Shown: in pieces, positions 39,561 to 51,256 of the stretch
How positions within the stretch are numbered: position 1 is the first letter of the stretch
Layout: each line of letters begins with the position of its first letter
Source: Mobula birostris
Lineage: Eukaryota
DNA: 64,000 bases
Reading direction: 5' to 3'
Assembly: GCF_030028105.1 (NCBI RefSeq)
Contig: NC_092397.1
Coordinates: 28,053,097 to 28,117,096 of the forward strand
Made by a program: the position numbers and the translations under genes
Notes under the pieces: model-generated
What the model was told of the DNA's origin: nothing
Database searches by the model: none
Seen by the model: only the letters and a program-made list of their open reading frames with translations

Positions 39561-40847
39561 ACACAATGCTGTACATCAGTGTCTCAGTGATGATGTATCT
39601 GGTTACCTTGTACTAATCTGAATGGACTTTGGAGCAGAGCATCCAGAGTAACAAGCCCAGACCATTCAACCCAACTCTGGTCTTGTGATAAATGTGTAAC
39701 TTTCCTCGAGTCTCGGTGTGGGAGGGTTTGAATGGTGTGTATCGTGTAGCAAAATTTGAACTGATAGGATTGAGAATGATTTTGACTGTAGATATGTAAC
39801 CAGTGTGTCCACAGTGATCAGTGATGGGACCTTTGTTTGATCAGATTAAAACACACATGGGCGGATCAGATCGCTGATGACACGAATGTTGGTATAGTTG
39901 TGGGTGGCGAGGAAGGTTGTCAAATGGACAGAAGTGGATATAGATCAATTGGAATCATGGATGGAGAAGTGGGGGAAATGGATTTTAATCTGGACAAGTG
40001 TGAGGAGTTTTACAGGTAAAATGTCGTAAGAAACTCCACAGTAAATGGCAGCACCCTTAGGAGCACTAATACACGAGAGAACTTGATGTGTTTCTCTGTA
40101 TTATCTTGCAAGTGTCACTGAAAGGAAGTAAACTGCTCTAAAGATCACAGAGGGGGAGCAGTAAGAGGATTCAGTGGGGGGTGGGGTCACCGTAGGGTAA
40201 TGTCATGGCTGGAAATGTGTGTAATTAATGACCACTGACATTCTGTTGTGTTTCTCTTTTAGAAGCTGGACTGCTGTTATGATGTAAGTATGTGAAGTGT
40301 TTTTTTTAAACTGTGCTTTATGTTTCTGTATTTGGAGGACAATAAACGAGTTGTTATGGTTTTCCTGAAACAGAAAATGCCTCATGCCATTTTATTTGTA
40401 AAAGTCTTCACACTGCAAGAATACCGCAGTGTCAATCTGCACCAAGAAAACCTGATCACATTCTCTTGAGGGTTAATGGCATTGCTGACTCTGAGTTTAC
40501 TACAGTCAAATGCCAGCAGGGTCACGATCAGCAGAAACTCTCACAAAGCAGCTCTGTTTGTATTGTGTGCTCAGTAGGTCTGTGGGAGATACCCAGAATG
40601 TGAAGCTATAAGTAATGGAGAGAGACACACTGAGCCAAGTCACAGCTTGATGGGCAGAGATGAAAACAGAGAATTTGATGTTGTGTCCTTATGCCTGAAC
40701 TATGCCCAGTTAGAAGTGTTGTTCCTCCGCACAGTGTTCAGCCTCACTGTAACAGTGTGACATCAGACATCAACATGAAAACCAAAATAATCTCAGCTGA
40801 GATATATTCTCTTTCACCTGTTGATCTTCTTTGCAAACATTTTACAG

Positions 40848-41430
40848 GCAGAAAAGGCAAAGAATTTCTGTCTGAGAATCTCAAATGCAACAGCGTGTCA
40901 CTTCTGCTGTGTCTGTCGGTTCCCCAGCATTTGAATGCTACCAGTCACTGAATATGAAGGGGGAGATGGTTGAGAAGACAGCACACCAGAGTCCCAATAC
41001 GTGGACTTGTCCATGGACTGACCTGATAAATGGCCATAGAGTTGATACCAGTGAGTTGGCGTTCACCGCCTCTCATTTTGGAAGGGATTCACCAGGCCAC
41101 TGCACCTGCAGATACACCAGCAAGTTCACACGGGGAGAGGCCATTCACCTGCTCCATGGCAGACGGGATTCATTCAGTCACATGAGCTATTAAAACACCA
41201 GCCAGTTCACACTGGTGAGCAGCTAGACTTGGCTCTGTTGTCTCTGTCTCTCAGTATAGCTTCACACCTGTTCCGAGTGTGGGAGGAGATTCATTCAGTT
41301 CACCCACCGTGTGAGGCTCCAGTGAGTTTACAATTCATAGAGGACACACTTCTGTCCTGAGTCAGCAAAGAAATTTACTCAAGTCATCCCACCTGCTGAA
41401 ACACCAGCAACTTCACATCAGGGAGGAAGT
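40848..41430 (+). pseudogene. C2H2 zinc-finger gene remnant (frameshifted)
   Basis: Linkers 'cagcaagttcacacggggagaggccattcacctgc' (QQVHTG-ERPFTC), 'caccagccagttcacactggtgag', 'tcatcccacctgctgaaacaccagcaacttcac' (SSHLLKHQQLH); candidate acceptor TTTTACAG at 40847. Confidence 0.75.
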
Positions 41431-42214
41431 TATAATAAGCTGTATATGGGACTGTTAATGTCAGATTCCACAGATATTGTGGCTGGTCATCAGACCCAGG
41501 ACTGAACCCTGGTTACTGAGCATTGAGGGGGTTCATCCCACCATCTTAAAATACACTGATGTTTAATATTGTGGATCTGTCATAGACAAATAGATCAATT
41601 CCATTTCAAATCCTGTGTCTCAGGTGCTTCCTCCCTGTCACACTGACAATGAACAGTCGAGAGGCCACCCAGTCCAGCTGGTACCTGCTTGTGTTCCTAT
41701 TGCACACCAGAGCTTTCAAACTCATCCCTGCCGTTCACCACTAACTCACCCTATAATGTTCAGGATGTAACTGGTCACCGGTCTGGGGATGAAGAGGTTT
41801 ACCTTGAATTCACTCCACGACTTTCTGTAAACTGCAGAGGATTAATTTACTGTGGTTTTCTCCCAAATATTCCTCATCCCTCACAGCTCTGGACCAAGGC
41901 TGAAGTCTTGTGTTGTTAAAATCTTCCTGTCCCACTCTGTTCATTGTTGTGTGTCATTTTCACTGATTTCGAAGGGCTGTGCCTCACATTGCCGGGCTGT
42001 TGCAATACAACACTCTCCTCTAAAGTACGACAGCAGAATGGTGAAGCAGAAAGAAGAGGGGTCAGCACAAATGAGGGCTTTGGAGCTCCAGATGTGATGG
42101 AGGCTCGAGTTTACGTAGAGTAGAAGGAGGGAATCAGACCAGGAGGATGAGGCTGCAAATGAAAGTTCAGCAACATTTGGAAACTGATTGACTGAAAAAA
42201 AGAGGTTTATGTTT

Positions 42215-42400
42215 GCAAAATACTGGAGGGACTCAGTGCCCCCCAGCAGCATCTGTGCAGACAAATAAATAGTTGATATTATGGGCCAAGACACTTCATC
42301 CTATCTAGACTGTTTATTCCTCTGTTTAGCTGCTGCCTGACCTGCTGAGTTCCCGCAGTACTTTGTGTGTGTCACTTCAGAGTTTATTCCCAGCATCTGC
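42215..42400. mobile_element. Degenerate head-to-head Penelope-like terminal pair
   Basis: 'aaaatactggagggactcag...cagcagcatct' inverted against 'gctgctgcctgacctgctgagttcccgcagtactttgtgtgtgt'. Confidence 0.55.
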
Positions 42401-42481
42401 TGAACCTCGAGTTTCATATCTGCATTTCTAAATGAGTGGGACTGTGACAGTGTCATATAAAATGCTTGTTGACATTGAGTA

Positions 42482-43014
42482 ATAAACAGGAGAAAATCTG
42501 CAGATGCTGGAAATCCAAGGAACACACACAACATGCTGGAGAAACTCTGCAGGCCAGGCAGCATCTGTGGATAAAAGTACAGCTGACGTTTTGGGCCGAG
42601 ATTCTTCAGCAGGACTGGAGAAAAAACAATGAGGAGTAAATTTTAAAGGTGGGGAAGGGAGAGAGAAACACAAAGTGACAGGTGGAACTGGGAGAGGGAG
42701 GGATGAAGTAAAGAGCTGGGAAGTTGTTTGGTGAAAGAGATACAGGGCTGGAGAAGGGGGAGTCTGACAGGAGAGAACAGAAGGCCGTGGATGAAAGAAA
42801 AGGGGGGAGGAACACCAGAGGGAGGCGATGGGCAGGCAATGAGAGGGAAAGGGGGATGGGGAATGATGAGCGAGGGGAGGCATGACTGGAAGATCAAGAA
42901 GTAGATGTTCATGCCATCAGATTGGAGGCTGCCCAGACAGAATACAAAGTGTTGTTCCTCCTACCTGAGTGTGGCCTCATTGCGACAGTATACGAGGCCA
43001 TGGATTGACGTCTC
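42482..43014 (-). mobile_element. Penelope-like 3' fragment with hammerhead-like motif
   Basis: GIY-YIG tail (GLVYC..EATLR-EEQH..SLQSDGMNI) at 42900-43005; minus strand CAGTC-CTGCTGA-AGAATCTCGGCCC-AAAACGTC-AGCTG at 42580-42617; CATTGAGTA duplicated at 42473-42481 and 43015-43023. Confidence 0.82.
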
Positions 43015-43023
43015 CATTGAGTA

Positions 43024-44860
43024 TATTGTTTGTGGAAGCTTGCTGTGTTCAAGTAGCTGCGGAGTTTTCTGCATAAAATCATTGACTGCTTTTGAAACAT
43101 GTGGCGTGGAACCAGCACTTGCCCCTCAAATTAATCCAGTCTGTTAACAACAGCACATCACCTCCCTTTTCCAAAATATAATTCAACCACACTATCACCA
43201 TCCATTCCGTAAGTTTACACAAATGGGACGTCAGTGATATTGGTCTATAACTAGGAGGATCCATCAGGGGTTTCCCAGGTTTTAGAATAGACACTACAAT
43301 TGCCATTTTCCATGAGGAGGGAAGATGGCCTGAACTTCAATTATGATTTTAAAAATGTCATATTATCTCAAGAGAGTTGTTGACCATATGTTTAAACATG
43401 CAATAACATGTATCATCCTTTCCTGGAGCCGTCTGACCTGTACTATAAATAGCTTTCTTAAATTCACACAAAGAAACTCTACATCACTAATACTATCATT
43501 GCTACAGCTGGTTTCCAACACATTAAGGTATTCTTGTAAAACCTTATCGCTACATTGTTTAGTCTCTCCACCTATTTTGATTATGAATTGCAGCAAATGA
43601 CCGAGCCAGGACTCAACCGTCTCTCCTTCAGGAACAATTGTATTACCTTCTTTAATCAATATTCGGAACCCTATGAATCCCACACCCCCATTTTCTTAGT
43701 CATTCCCCAAACATCTTCAAGTTTAATAGTCCTTCCAATACTTTCACAATGTGACCTCCAGTAAATCTTTTTCACAAGCTTCATTACTTTCCTCAGCACG
43801 GCCTGTGACCTGTTACACTTAATATGATCACGCGGAGAGTGATACTTAACTTTCGGAAATGCCACGTTTCTCTCAGTAACTGCCTCTGCACACTCCTCCG
43901 TCCACCACGGTACAGCTTTTCTCCCACTAATGCACTTTTTAAATTGAATCTCTTCCACCACTATTTGATGAATAATGTGACAACGTTTCTTTGCAGAAAT
44001 CCACATCATCCTCACCATTCAGCCCAGACAGACGCTCAGCACATAAAACATTCAAACTTCTCCCAATTTGCTTTACCAGAGCTCCACCTCCTAAAAGTGG
44101 CCTCATGCCCCCTATATAAATCCAAACTCAAGCTTATAAACATAGGAAAATGATCACTCCCCAATGCCTCATCTCCCATGACATCCCACTACTCACTCCA
44201 ATATTCAAAACTAAAGTTAAATTTACAGCATTTTCAGAACTATTATGAACATTAAATCTCGTACCTCTCCCACCATAAAGACTAACAGGATATGAAATAT
44301 CTGAAACTCTTCTATAAACAAAATATCACCAATCTGAGAACAACCCCACAGTGAACTAACTATGTGTTAAAATCCCCACATCATACAACCCATAGTGAGC
44401 TAGAGCTACGTATGCTCTCCAACAAATCAATCGGAAGCTTTCCACAATGGTTATAATAATACACAAACACGAGGAAATCTGCAGATGCTGGAATTTCAAG
44501 CAACACGCATAAAAGTTGCTGGTGAACGCAGCAGGCCAGGCAGCACCTCTAGGAAGAGGTACAGTCGATGTTATAATAATATACCACTTTATTGCCCCTA
44601 CCTGTGGAATCAAATGTGTCTTCAAATGCCTCATACATTTCATTTACATCCACAACTCTATGCCCTCTCCCTCTCTTTAAAAAAAACTTGCAACACCACC
44701 TCCTCTACCAACTAATCTATCACGCTTAATTACAATATAACACTGGAAGGAAGAACTTAAATGCGATAGCAATCAGGTTTCCTGAATACATATAACATCA
44801 CATAGATTTGATAAATCAGAAATAAACTTGAAGTTTTGACCATTAGAAAACAGGCTTCTG
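43024..44860 (-). mobile_element. Decayed I/Nimb-like (jockey group) LINE: endonuclease and RT N-terminus
   Basis: SLFSNGQNFK..DVICIQET (44773-44860), KAVPWWTEECAEA (43671-44018), LKPGK..PPSYRPISLTSHLCK (43079-43306); clade assignment from motif memory. Confidence 0.7.
44462..44569 (-). mobile_element. 108-bp Penelope-like terminus inserted in the LINE
   Basis: Same terminus sequence as 38547-38614 and 42482-42585; 12-bp duplication GTTATAATAATA at 44450-44461 and 44570-44581. Confidence 0.85.
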
Positions 44861-44864
44861 GAAA

Positions 44865-45260
44865 TCGCCCTTCTGATGCAGGCGGGGCGGGGGGGTGCGG
44901 AATGTAGTGGGGCGTTTATGATTGGTGAACCGGTGCCTGTTCTGATTGGAAAGAGCAAATACTCCAATCACAGAGCTGCCTTATTCACCAATCAAGAGAC
45001 AGCAACTGTAGAAGCGCGGAAAATACCGTCTAACCGCCGAAATAAACTGAAATTTGCAATACACCGCCAAAAAAGCCTTTGTTGCTGAAATTAAACCGCA
45101 ACAGGCTTGTTTGTCGGCTCTTTACCCCCGTTACTGGAGTCCGACACACTTAAACAAAGCGTAGTTAATATTGCGATAGTGTCTGAGAAATTAGTTCACC
45201 GATATCTTTCAATTGATAAACGATTGGAATAAAACCGGTTCTCAGCTGCTGTTCGCGGTC
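44865..45260 (-). promoter_or_regulatory. Orphan H2A-type promoter (H2A CDS absent)
   Basis: CTGCCTTATTCACCAATCAAGAGACAGCAACTGTAGAAGCGCG (44976-45018) matches H2A upstream CTGCCTTAATCACCAATCAAGAGCCCGTAAAGGTAGAAGCGCG (35500-35542); same four CCAAT/ATTGG boxes and same position downstream of an H2B. Confidence 0.8.
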
Positions 45261-45679
45261 GGTCATTGTGTAAACTCAAGTCAGTTTAGCAACGGGTTGC
45301 CCGTCAGAAAGTGGAGCTTTAACAAATACTCGGAACGACCCGTGACAGTGTTCAGCTCTTGCGTCGGAATGGGGTTAAGAGAAGTATCGAAAATGGGACA
45401 AAGCTCAATGAACCCACGGTAATTAAACCAGAAATATTAGCGTCCATGTCAGAGAAATCTGATGACCGAGAGGAAGCGACGGGGAAAGGGGTGTGTAACG
45501 ATTCCGTGTCTGGGCAGTTGGCAGGAATTAACAGAGAAATTGGGATTATACTAAGCAGCGGACAGCAAGTTCTGATTAACGGGGATAAGATTCTGAATGA
45601 GCATTTCAACAAAAAATTCCAAATTTACCTCAATTCCATGTCTCAACATCGTGTAACTCTTTTAATGAAACTGTTGAGT

Positions 45680-45695
45680 GGCTCTTAAAAGAGCC
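45680..45695 (-). other. Histone 3' stem-loop (H2B copy 2)
   Basis: Minus strand GGCTCTTTTAAGAGCC; downstream element AAAAGAGTTA ~45654-45663. Confidence 0.95.
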
Positions 45696-45732
45696 TTTGA
45701 TTTTCCGGTTTGTTTTGTCAGTGAACTTGTCT

Positions 45733-46107
45733 TCACTTGGAGCTGGTGTACTTGGTCACCGCCTTTGTCCCTTCGGACACGGCGTGCTTGGCCAGCTCCC
45801 CGGGCAGCAGCAGGCGCACGGCGGTCTGGATCTCCCGGGAGCTGATGGTTGACCGCTTGTTGTAATGGGCCAGGCGGGAAGCCTCGCCCGCGATGCGCTC
45901 GAAAATATCGTTGACGAATGAATTCATGATGCTCATGGCCTTGGAGGAGATGCCGGTGTCGGGGTGAACCTGCTTCATCACTTTGTAGATGTAGATGGCG
46001 TAAGTCTCCTTCCTCGACCTCTTGCGCTTCTTGCCAGTCTTGCTCGCTGGTTTGGACAAAGCTTTCTTGGCGCCCTTCTTGGGAGCGGGTTTTGCTGGAT
46101 CCGGCAT
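45733..46107 (-). CDS. H2B: Histone H2B (copy 2, 124 aa)
   Basis: ATG at 46107, [12 protein letters not shown]...[10 protein letters not shown]; promoter with TATTTAA ~46160-46166, CTCATTAACATA and CCAAT boxes. Confidence 0.98.
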   Translation of the reverse strand: MPDPAKPAPKKGAKKALSKPASKTGKKRKRSRKETYAIYIYKVMKQVHPDTGISSKAMSIMNSFVNDIFERIAGEASRLAHYNKRSTISSREIQTAVRLLLPGELAKHAVSEGTKAVTKYTSSK

Positions 46108-47059
46108 TTCCTCGTCGGTTTCAAACACAATAATAAGCAGAAGCTGTTCGGAGCGCGGATTAAATAGGCAGCGCCCAAAGCGGTATGTTAATGAGGATGG
46201 GAATACTGAGCATTTCTATTGGCTGTTTGGAGAAATGAATCACCAATCGGAACGCTGGGGGATGGGAAGCGGCGCCAATGGGCGGGGTTTACCGCTGTCG
46301 TTTAATGCGGGAGGAAGTACTGAAGGGCAGAGACAGGCCGGGCTGCGGGCTGAAATTGAAAAGGGAAAGGCAAATTTCAAAAGCCGAATGAAAATAAAAT
46401 CAGATGAAATATTGTAAAATTAAACACTAGGACATTTAGTTCATGACATAGGGCTGCAGGAGAGTGAAGGAGAGATTTGGACATTTCAGTGTAAAGTTTA
46501 AATCGAGTTTATTTATGCACAGGTGAAAGGATCAAAGTATTTGTAGCAGCATCACAGACACATTGCATCAGAGACACAACACTGACAAGAAACACTGAAA
46601 TTAAGTATGAATTATACCAAAATATTCAAACAGACAGAAGACTATCAGAACAAAATCAAAATAACAAACAGATTATGCCGGCAGTGGGAGAATCATCCCT
46701 CTTGTGCTTCTTCATCTCGTCACTCTAGATTCAGTGTCACACAACGCTGCCACTTTGATCTGGCCCATGCCTTCATCAACCAAGTCCAACACTTGCCTTT
46801 ATTGCATCTTCCTTCTCCTTACACTGGTCATCGGGTTTGTGGGGGTGTGCCCAGGGTTAGTGGGGGTGTGTGCCCCCTTGGACCTCAGGATTAGGTTTGA
46901 GGGTAGGGCTGGTGGATGTATATGTGGGGCTGGGAGAGATAATGCTGTGGAGTTTAGTATAGTGAGATAGGTGGGGCTATGGTGGATAGGGTAGTGTAGT
47001 GTAGCCACTTCAATCTGGCCCATTCCCTTCATTAATGTGGCCTGACACCACTTGGCTTA

Positions 47060-47205
47060 ATGAACCGGGTGTTGCAAAGGGACACATCGTCAGTAATGCA
47101 ACCTGGGGTCATTGAGTGTTTTGGGTCTTTAATCATGAGACATCCTCACCCAGACAACCCAGCCAGGGTTAATCAGGCCCGCTTGTGTTTATCCCATGGA
47201 TCAAG
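47060..47205 (-). mobile_element. Possible 3' UTR remnant of a Hero/R2-superfamily non-LTR element
   Basis: Minus strand CCCTGGCTGGGTTGTCTGGGTGAGGATGTC...AAAGACCCAAAACACTCAATGACCCCAGG...CTGACGATGTGTCC resembles my recollection of fish Hero 3' ends; not verified by search. Confidence 0.4.
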
Positions 47206-47529
47206 GTAATGAGAGGCATGTAACTCTGCATGTTGTGGGTATTTTAGACCTTGTTACTTGGCTTTATTTTGACCATTTGGGGAGTAGAATGTTCTGAGGC
47301 CTAGTAATCAGGCTTTACCTCCAAGTAAGGTTCAACTTTCCTACTTTCAGTTTAGAATTGTCTTTATTTTGCATCTGTATGCCTGGGATTGCATGGGTTA
47401 AATTAACAGTGTTCACTGCAGTACAAATTAGTGATTAGGGCTGTGCAGATTGGTCCATAATTCCAAAATGCAAACATCTCTGAAATCCAGATTTTTTTGT
47501 GCTGACATGACATCACAAATGGAGAATTT

Positions 47530-49990
47530 TACTCAGGATTAAATGGCTTGCCTAATGAAGAGAGTTTCACGGCTCTGGGCCTCTATTCATTGGAACTTCG
47601 AAGAAAGAAGGGTTACCAAATTGAAACCTATCAAATAGTGAAAGGGCTTGATTGAGTGAATGTGGAGAGGATTTTTCTTGTGATGGGTGTGTCTAAAACT
47701 GGACCACACAGCTTCACAATAGAGGGTCATCCTTTTAGAATGGAAAAGAGGAGGAATTTCTTCAGCCAGAGAGTGGTGAATCTGTGAATTTTTTTGCTAC
47801 AGGCAGCTGTGGAGGCCAAATCACTGGGTATAGGCAGAGATTGATAGATTCTTGATTGGTCAGGGCATGAAGGGATACAATGGAAGGCAGGAGATTGGGG
47901 CTGAGAGGAAAAATTGATCAGTGATGATGAAATGCCAGAGAAGGCTCGACAGGCAAAATGGCCGAATTCTGCTCCCGTATCTTATGGTCTTATGGACTCA
48001 CTTAGTGACTAAATCTCTCCCAGAGACTGTTGATCTCAGCTTTGACTCAACCCAGCAACTGAGGCTCCACATTACTTATATAAGGAATACAGAAGTTCTT
48101 TGTTCTCTGATTAACAAAATATCTCATTTCCATCCTGAATGCTTGTCACCTCATTCTGAGCAACAGACACAAAATGCTGGAGGAAGTCAGCAGGCCAGGC
48201 AGCACCTATGGGAAAGAGTAACGAGTCGATGCTTCGGGCTGAGAATCTTCACCCTGAGATCTGATGAAGTGTCTCGGCCCGAAGTGTCGACTGTTTACTC
48301 TTTTTCATAGAGGCTGCCTGTCCTGCTGAGTTCTTCCAGCATTTTGTGTGTGTTGCGTTTGATTTCCAGCATCAGCAGATTCTCTCGTGTTTGTGATTTA
48401 CGCCTCATTCTGAGGGTATTTTCCTCAGTTATGGAGTTCTCATTCAGGGGAAAGATCCTCCTTGCCTATTGCCTGTCATATCCTGAAAGAATCTAACAGA
48501 TTTCCTCGTTTTCTCATGAACAGCAGGGAATGCAGACCCAGCGCACTCACTCTCCTCTCATATAACCAACCTTCCATCCCTGGAACCAACCCAGTCAGTG
48601 TGGGGAACAGTCACTGCACTCCCTCTATTGCAGGGATATCCTTCCTGAGGAAGTGTGACCAAACCTGGACACGATACTCAAGGTGTGTTCTCACCAGGGC
48701 CATGTATAATCCCAGTGAGACCTCTGTACCCTCTTGTACAATCCCCATGGATCACAGGACAAAATACTGTTTGAACATAGAACATAGAATAGTACAGCAC
48801 AGTACAGGCCCTTCGGCCCACAATGTTGTGCCAACCCTCAAACCCTGCCTCCCATATAAATAGAACATAGAATAGTACAGCACAGTACAGGCACTCTCAT
48901 TACTTGTTGTATCTGCATGTTAACTCAAGTGATTTGTTTACAAGGACGCCCAGGTCCCTCTGAACATCCCTGTGTGGAAATAACTCTTACAGTTTGTTCC
49001 TGGGAATGGGTGATCACACATTTCCCCACATTCTGTTCCATCTGCCACATCCTCAACCATTCACTCTCCTGTCTACATCCCCCAAACCTTCTCACTACTG
49101 ACACTGCCACAGCAGCAGACATAGTCACTGAGTTATGCAGCACAGAAACAGGTCCTTCAGCCCAACACATCCATGCTGACCAAGTGGCCAAACAAAATTA
49201 TTGTCAGTTGCCTGCATTTGGCCCATGTCCCTGTGAAACTTCCCTCTCCACAGTCCAAGAGATATTGCAACTGTGCCCACCTACACCACCACTTGGGGTA
49301 GTTTGTTCCATGTAAACAGCACATTCTGTGTACAAAACCTGCTCCTCAGGGTCCTATTTAAATCTTTCCTCTCTCACTTTATATCTGTAATCTCTCGCTT
49401 CCAACTCCATAAACCTGGAGATAACAGATTCACTGTTGACCGTATCTATGACTGCCATTATTTTATCACCTCTCTAATGTCACATACACTCTGGTGAGAA
49501 AGGTCCTGGCCTATGCAGCCTCCTGTTAAATCCCTTTTGCACCCTCTCCAGTTTAATGTCACCCTCTGATCCCAGGGCAACTATAACTGTACTCCGTGCT
49601 CCGAGAGTAGTTTCCCCGAGGCTGGTAGAGCTGTAATGTGACGTCACAGTCCAGTGCCCGATACTCTGCCCGCTGAATGCGAGTGTGGCGAACAGCTTCT
49701 TCACCGTCCTGACTACCTGTGTTTACACTCTGAAGGAATTCGATATCCGCACCCCGATATCTCTGTTTTACAGCACTCCCAGGGCCAGACCATTCCCCAC
49801 GGCAGTTCTGCCCTGGTTCGTCAATGACAATGGAACATCTCACATTTATCTGTCATTCCTCAAATCAGTGACCTCATTGATCACCGTCCTGTTGTAATGT
49901 TAGTTACATTGTTTCACACTCCACGATATCACCAACTTTAGTGACATCGGTAAATTTGCTGAGCCGGGCAGTGACGTTATCAGCCGAGTC
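47530..49990. mobile_element. Decayed CR1 3' fragments and tails
   Basis: 'ttcttcagccagagagtggtgaatctgtg' (47758), 'caggtttggtcac' (48655), duplicated tail ATAGAACATAGAATAGTACAGCACAGTACAGGC at ~48777 and ~48860. Confidence 0.7.
48161..48402. mobile_element. Palindromic head-to-head Penelope-like mini-element with two degenerate hammerhead motifs
   Basis: 48160-48255 is the imperfect reverse complement of 48261-48356; CTGATGA 48261-48267; 12-bp duplication CCTCATTCTGAG at 48149-48160 and 48403-48414. Confidence 0.82.
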
Positions 49991-50059
49991 TTTAATAAAT
50001 GGACAACAGCAGCAGCCCTGACTCAGCTCCCGGGCTTTTCCTCGCAGCGATACACGCGC

Positions 50060-50150
50060 AGTGCTGGAGGCACTCAGCAGGCCAGGCAGCATCTATGAGA
50101 AACTGGAAACAGCCAACGTTTCAGGCCGAGACCCTCCATCAGCATCTGCA
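50060..50150 (-). mobile_element. Penelope-like terminus with hammerhead-like motif
   Basis: Minus strand CTGATGG-AGGGTCTCGGCCT-GAAACGTT-GGCTG at 50110-50142. Confidence 0.65.
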
Positions 50151-50229
50151 CAATGGTCTTGTGTTTGGTTTTCCTTCGATCCTAAGTTACTGGATAACAT
50201 GACCCATCCTCCAATCCTCTGCCACCACT

Positions 50230-50447
50230 CCTGCCCGAGAAACGCGCAGAGAGACAGAGGCGGGGAGGGGAGGAGACAGAGTCAGAGTGACGGACAGAGC
50301 CGAGAGCGGCCTCTCATCGTCCAGCTCCGTCTTCACTTTAATACACCCGGCAATTTCCAACGGTTTGTCCGAAACACAGAGCTCCAGAGAGAGAGAAAAA
50401 AACGCCCTCTAATACCATGTACAGAAGGAGTTCTAGGAATTTACTGG
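50230..50447 (-). promoter_or_regulatory. Orphan H4 promoter truncated just before the TATA box
   Basis: 50230-50340 almost identical to 51322-51432 and to the reverse complement of 22078-22188; breaks at CTCGGGCAGG; no H4 CDS follows. Confidence 0.9.
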
Positions 50448-50886
50448 CGGTTGGACTTCATCGGATCAGAATACAGTGTGATTGGCGCAGGATCAATTTC
50501 AAATTGCCCGCCAATTTCAGAGCACCCAGCAACGGTGCTGGAAGACTTTTTAAAAAATTATTTACCGTTAGTTTTATCACGCATTATACAATTTGAGTTT
50601 CATTTAATAAATTTAATATCTAATCCCCTGAGCTAAGATTTAAATGCATAATTACGGAGTCGCTTCTCTAAAGGAGTGAACTGATTCCTGTCCGAGACAG
50701 ATAAAAGGATGAAGATCGATCTTAACGCGTTCAGAGGTTCTGAAGTAATCACCGACTGGAAATGGCAGATTCGCAGGAATATTGCAAACTGAACCGATTA
50801 ATCTGTTTCAAATGTAACTCAGCGGAATGTATCGATAAAAATAATTAAAAGGTTGTGGATACGGCTCCGACTGTGAGGCGGTGGGT

Positions 50887-50902
50887 GGCTCTTAGAAGAG
50901 CC
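50887..50902 (-). other. Histone 3' stem-loop (H4 copy 2)
   Basis: Minus strand GGCTCTTCTAAGAGCC ACCCACCGCCTCACA. Confidence 0.95.
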
Positions 50903-50935
50903 TTTGTTTTGTGCTCGGGAGGAAGTGGGAGTTTT

Positions 50936-51256
<321 letters not shown>

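Noticed and set aside
46749-47035. Imperfect ~30-bp direct repeat (GCCACTTTGATCTGGCCCAT.. and GCCACTTCAATCTGGCCCAT..) around a G-rich tract
   Set aside because: Too degenerate to call as a TSD or LTR; no coding or structural signal I could support.
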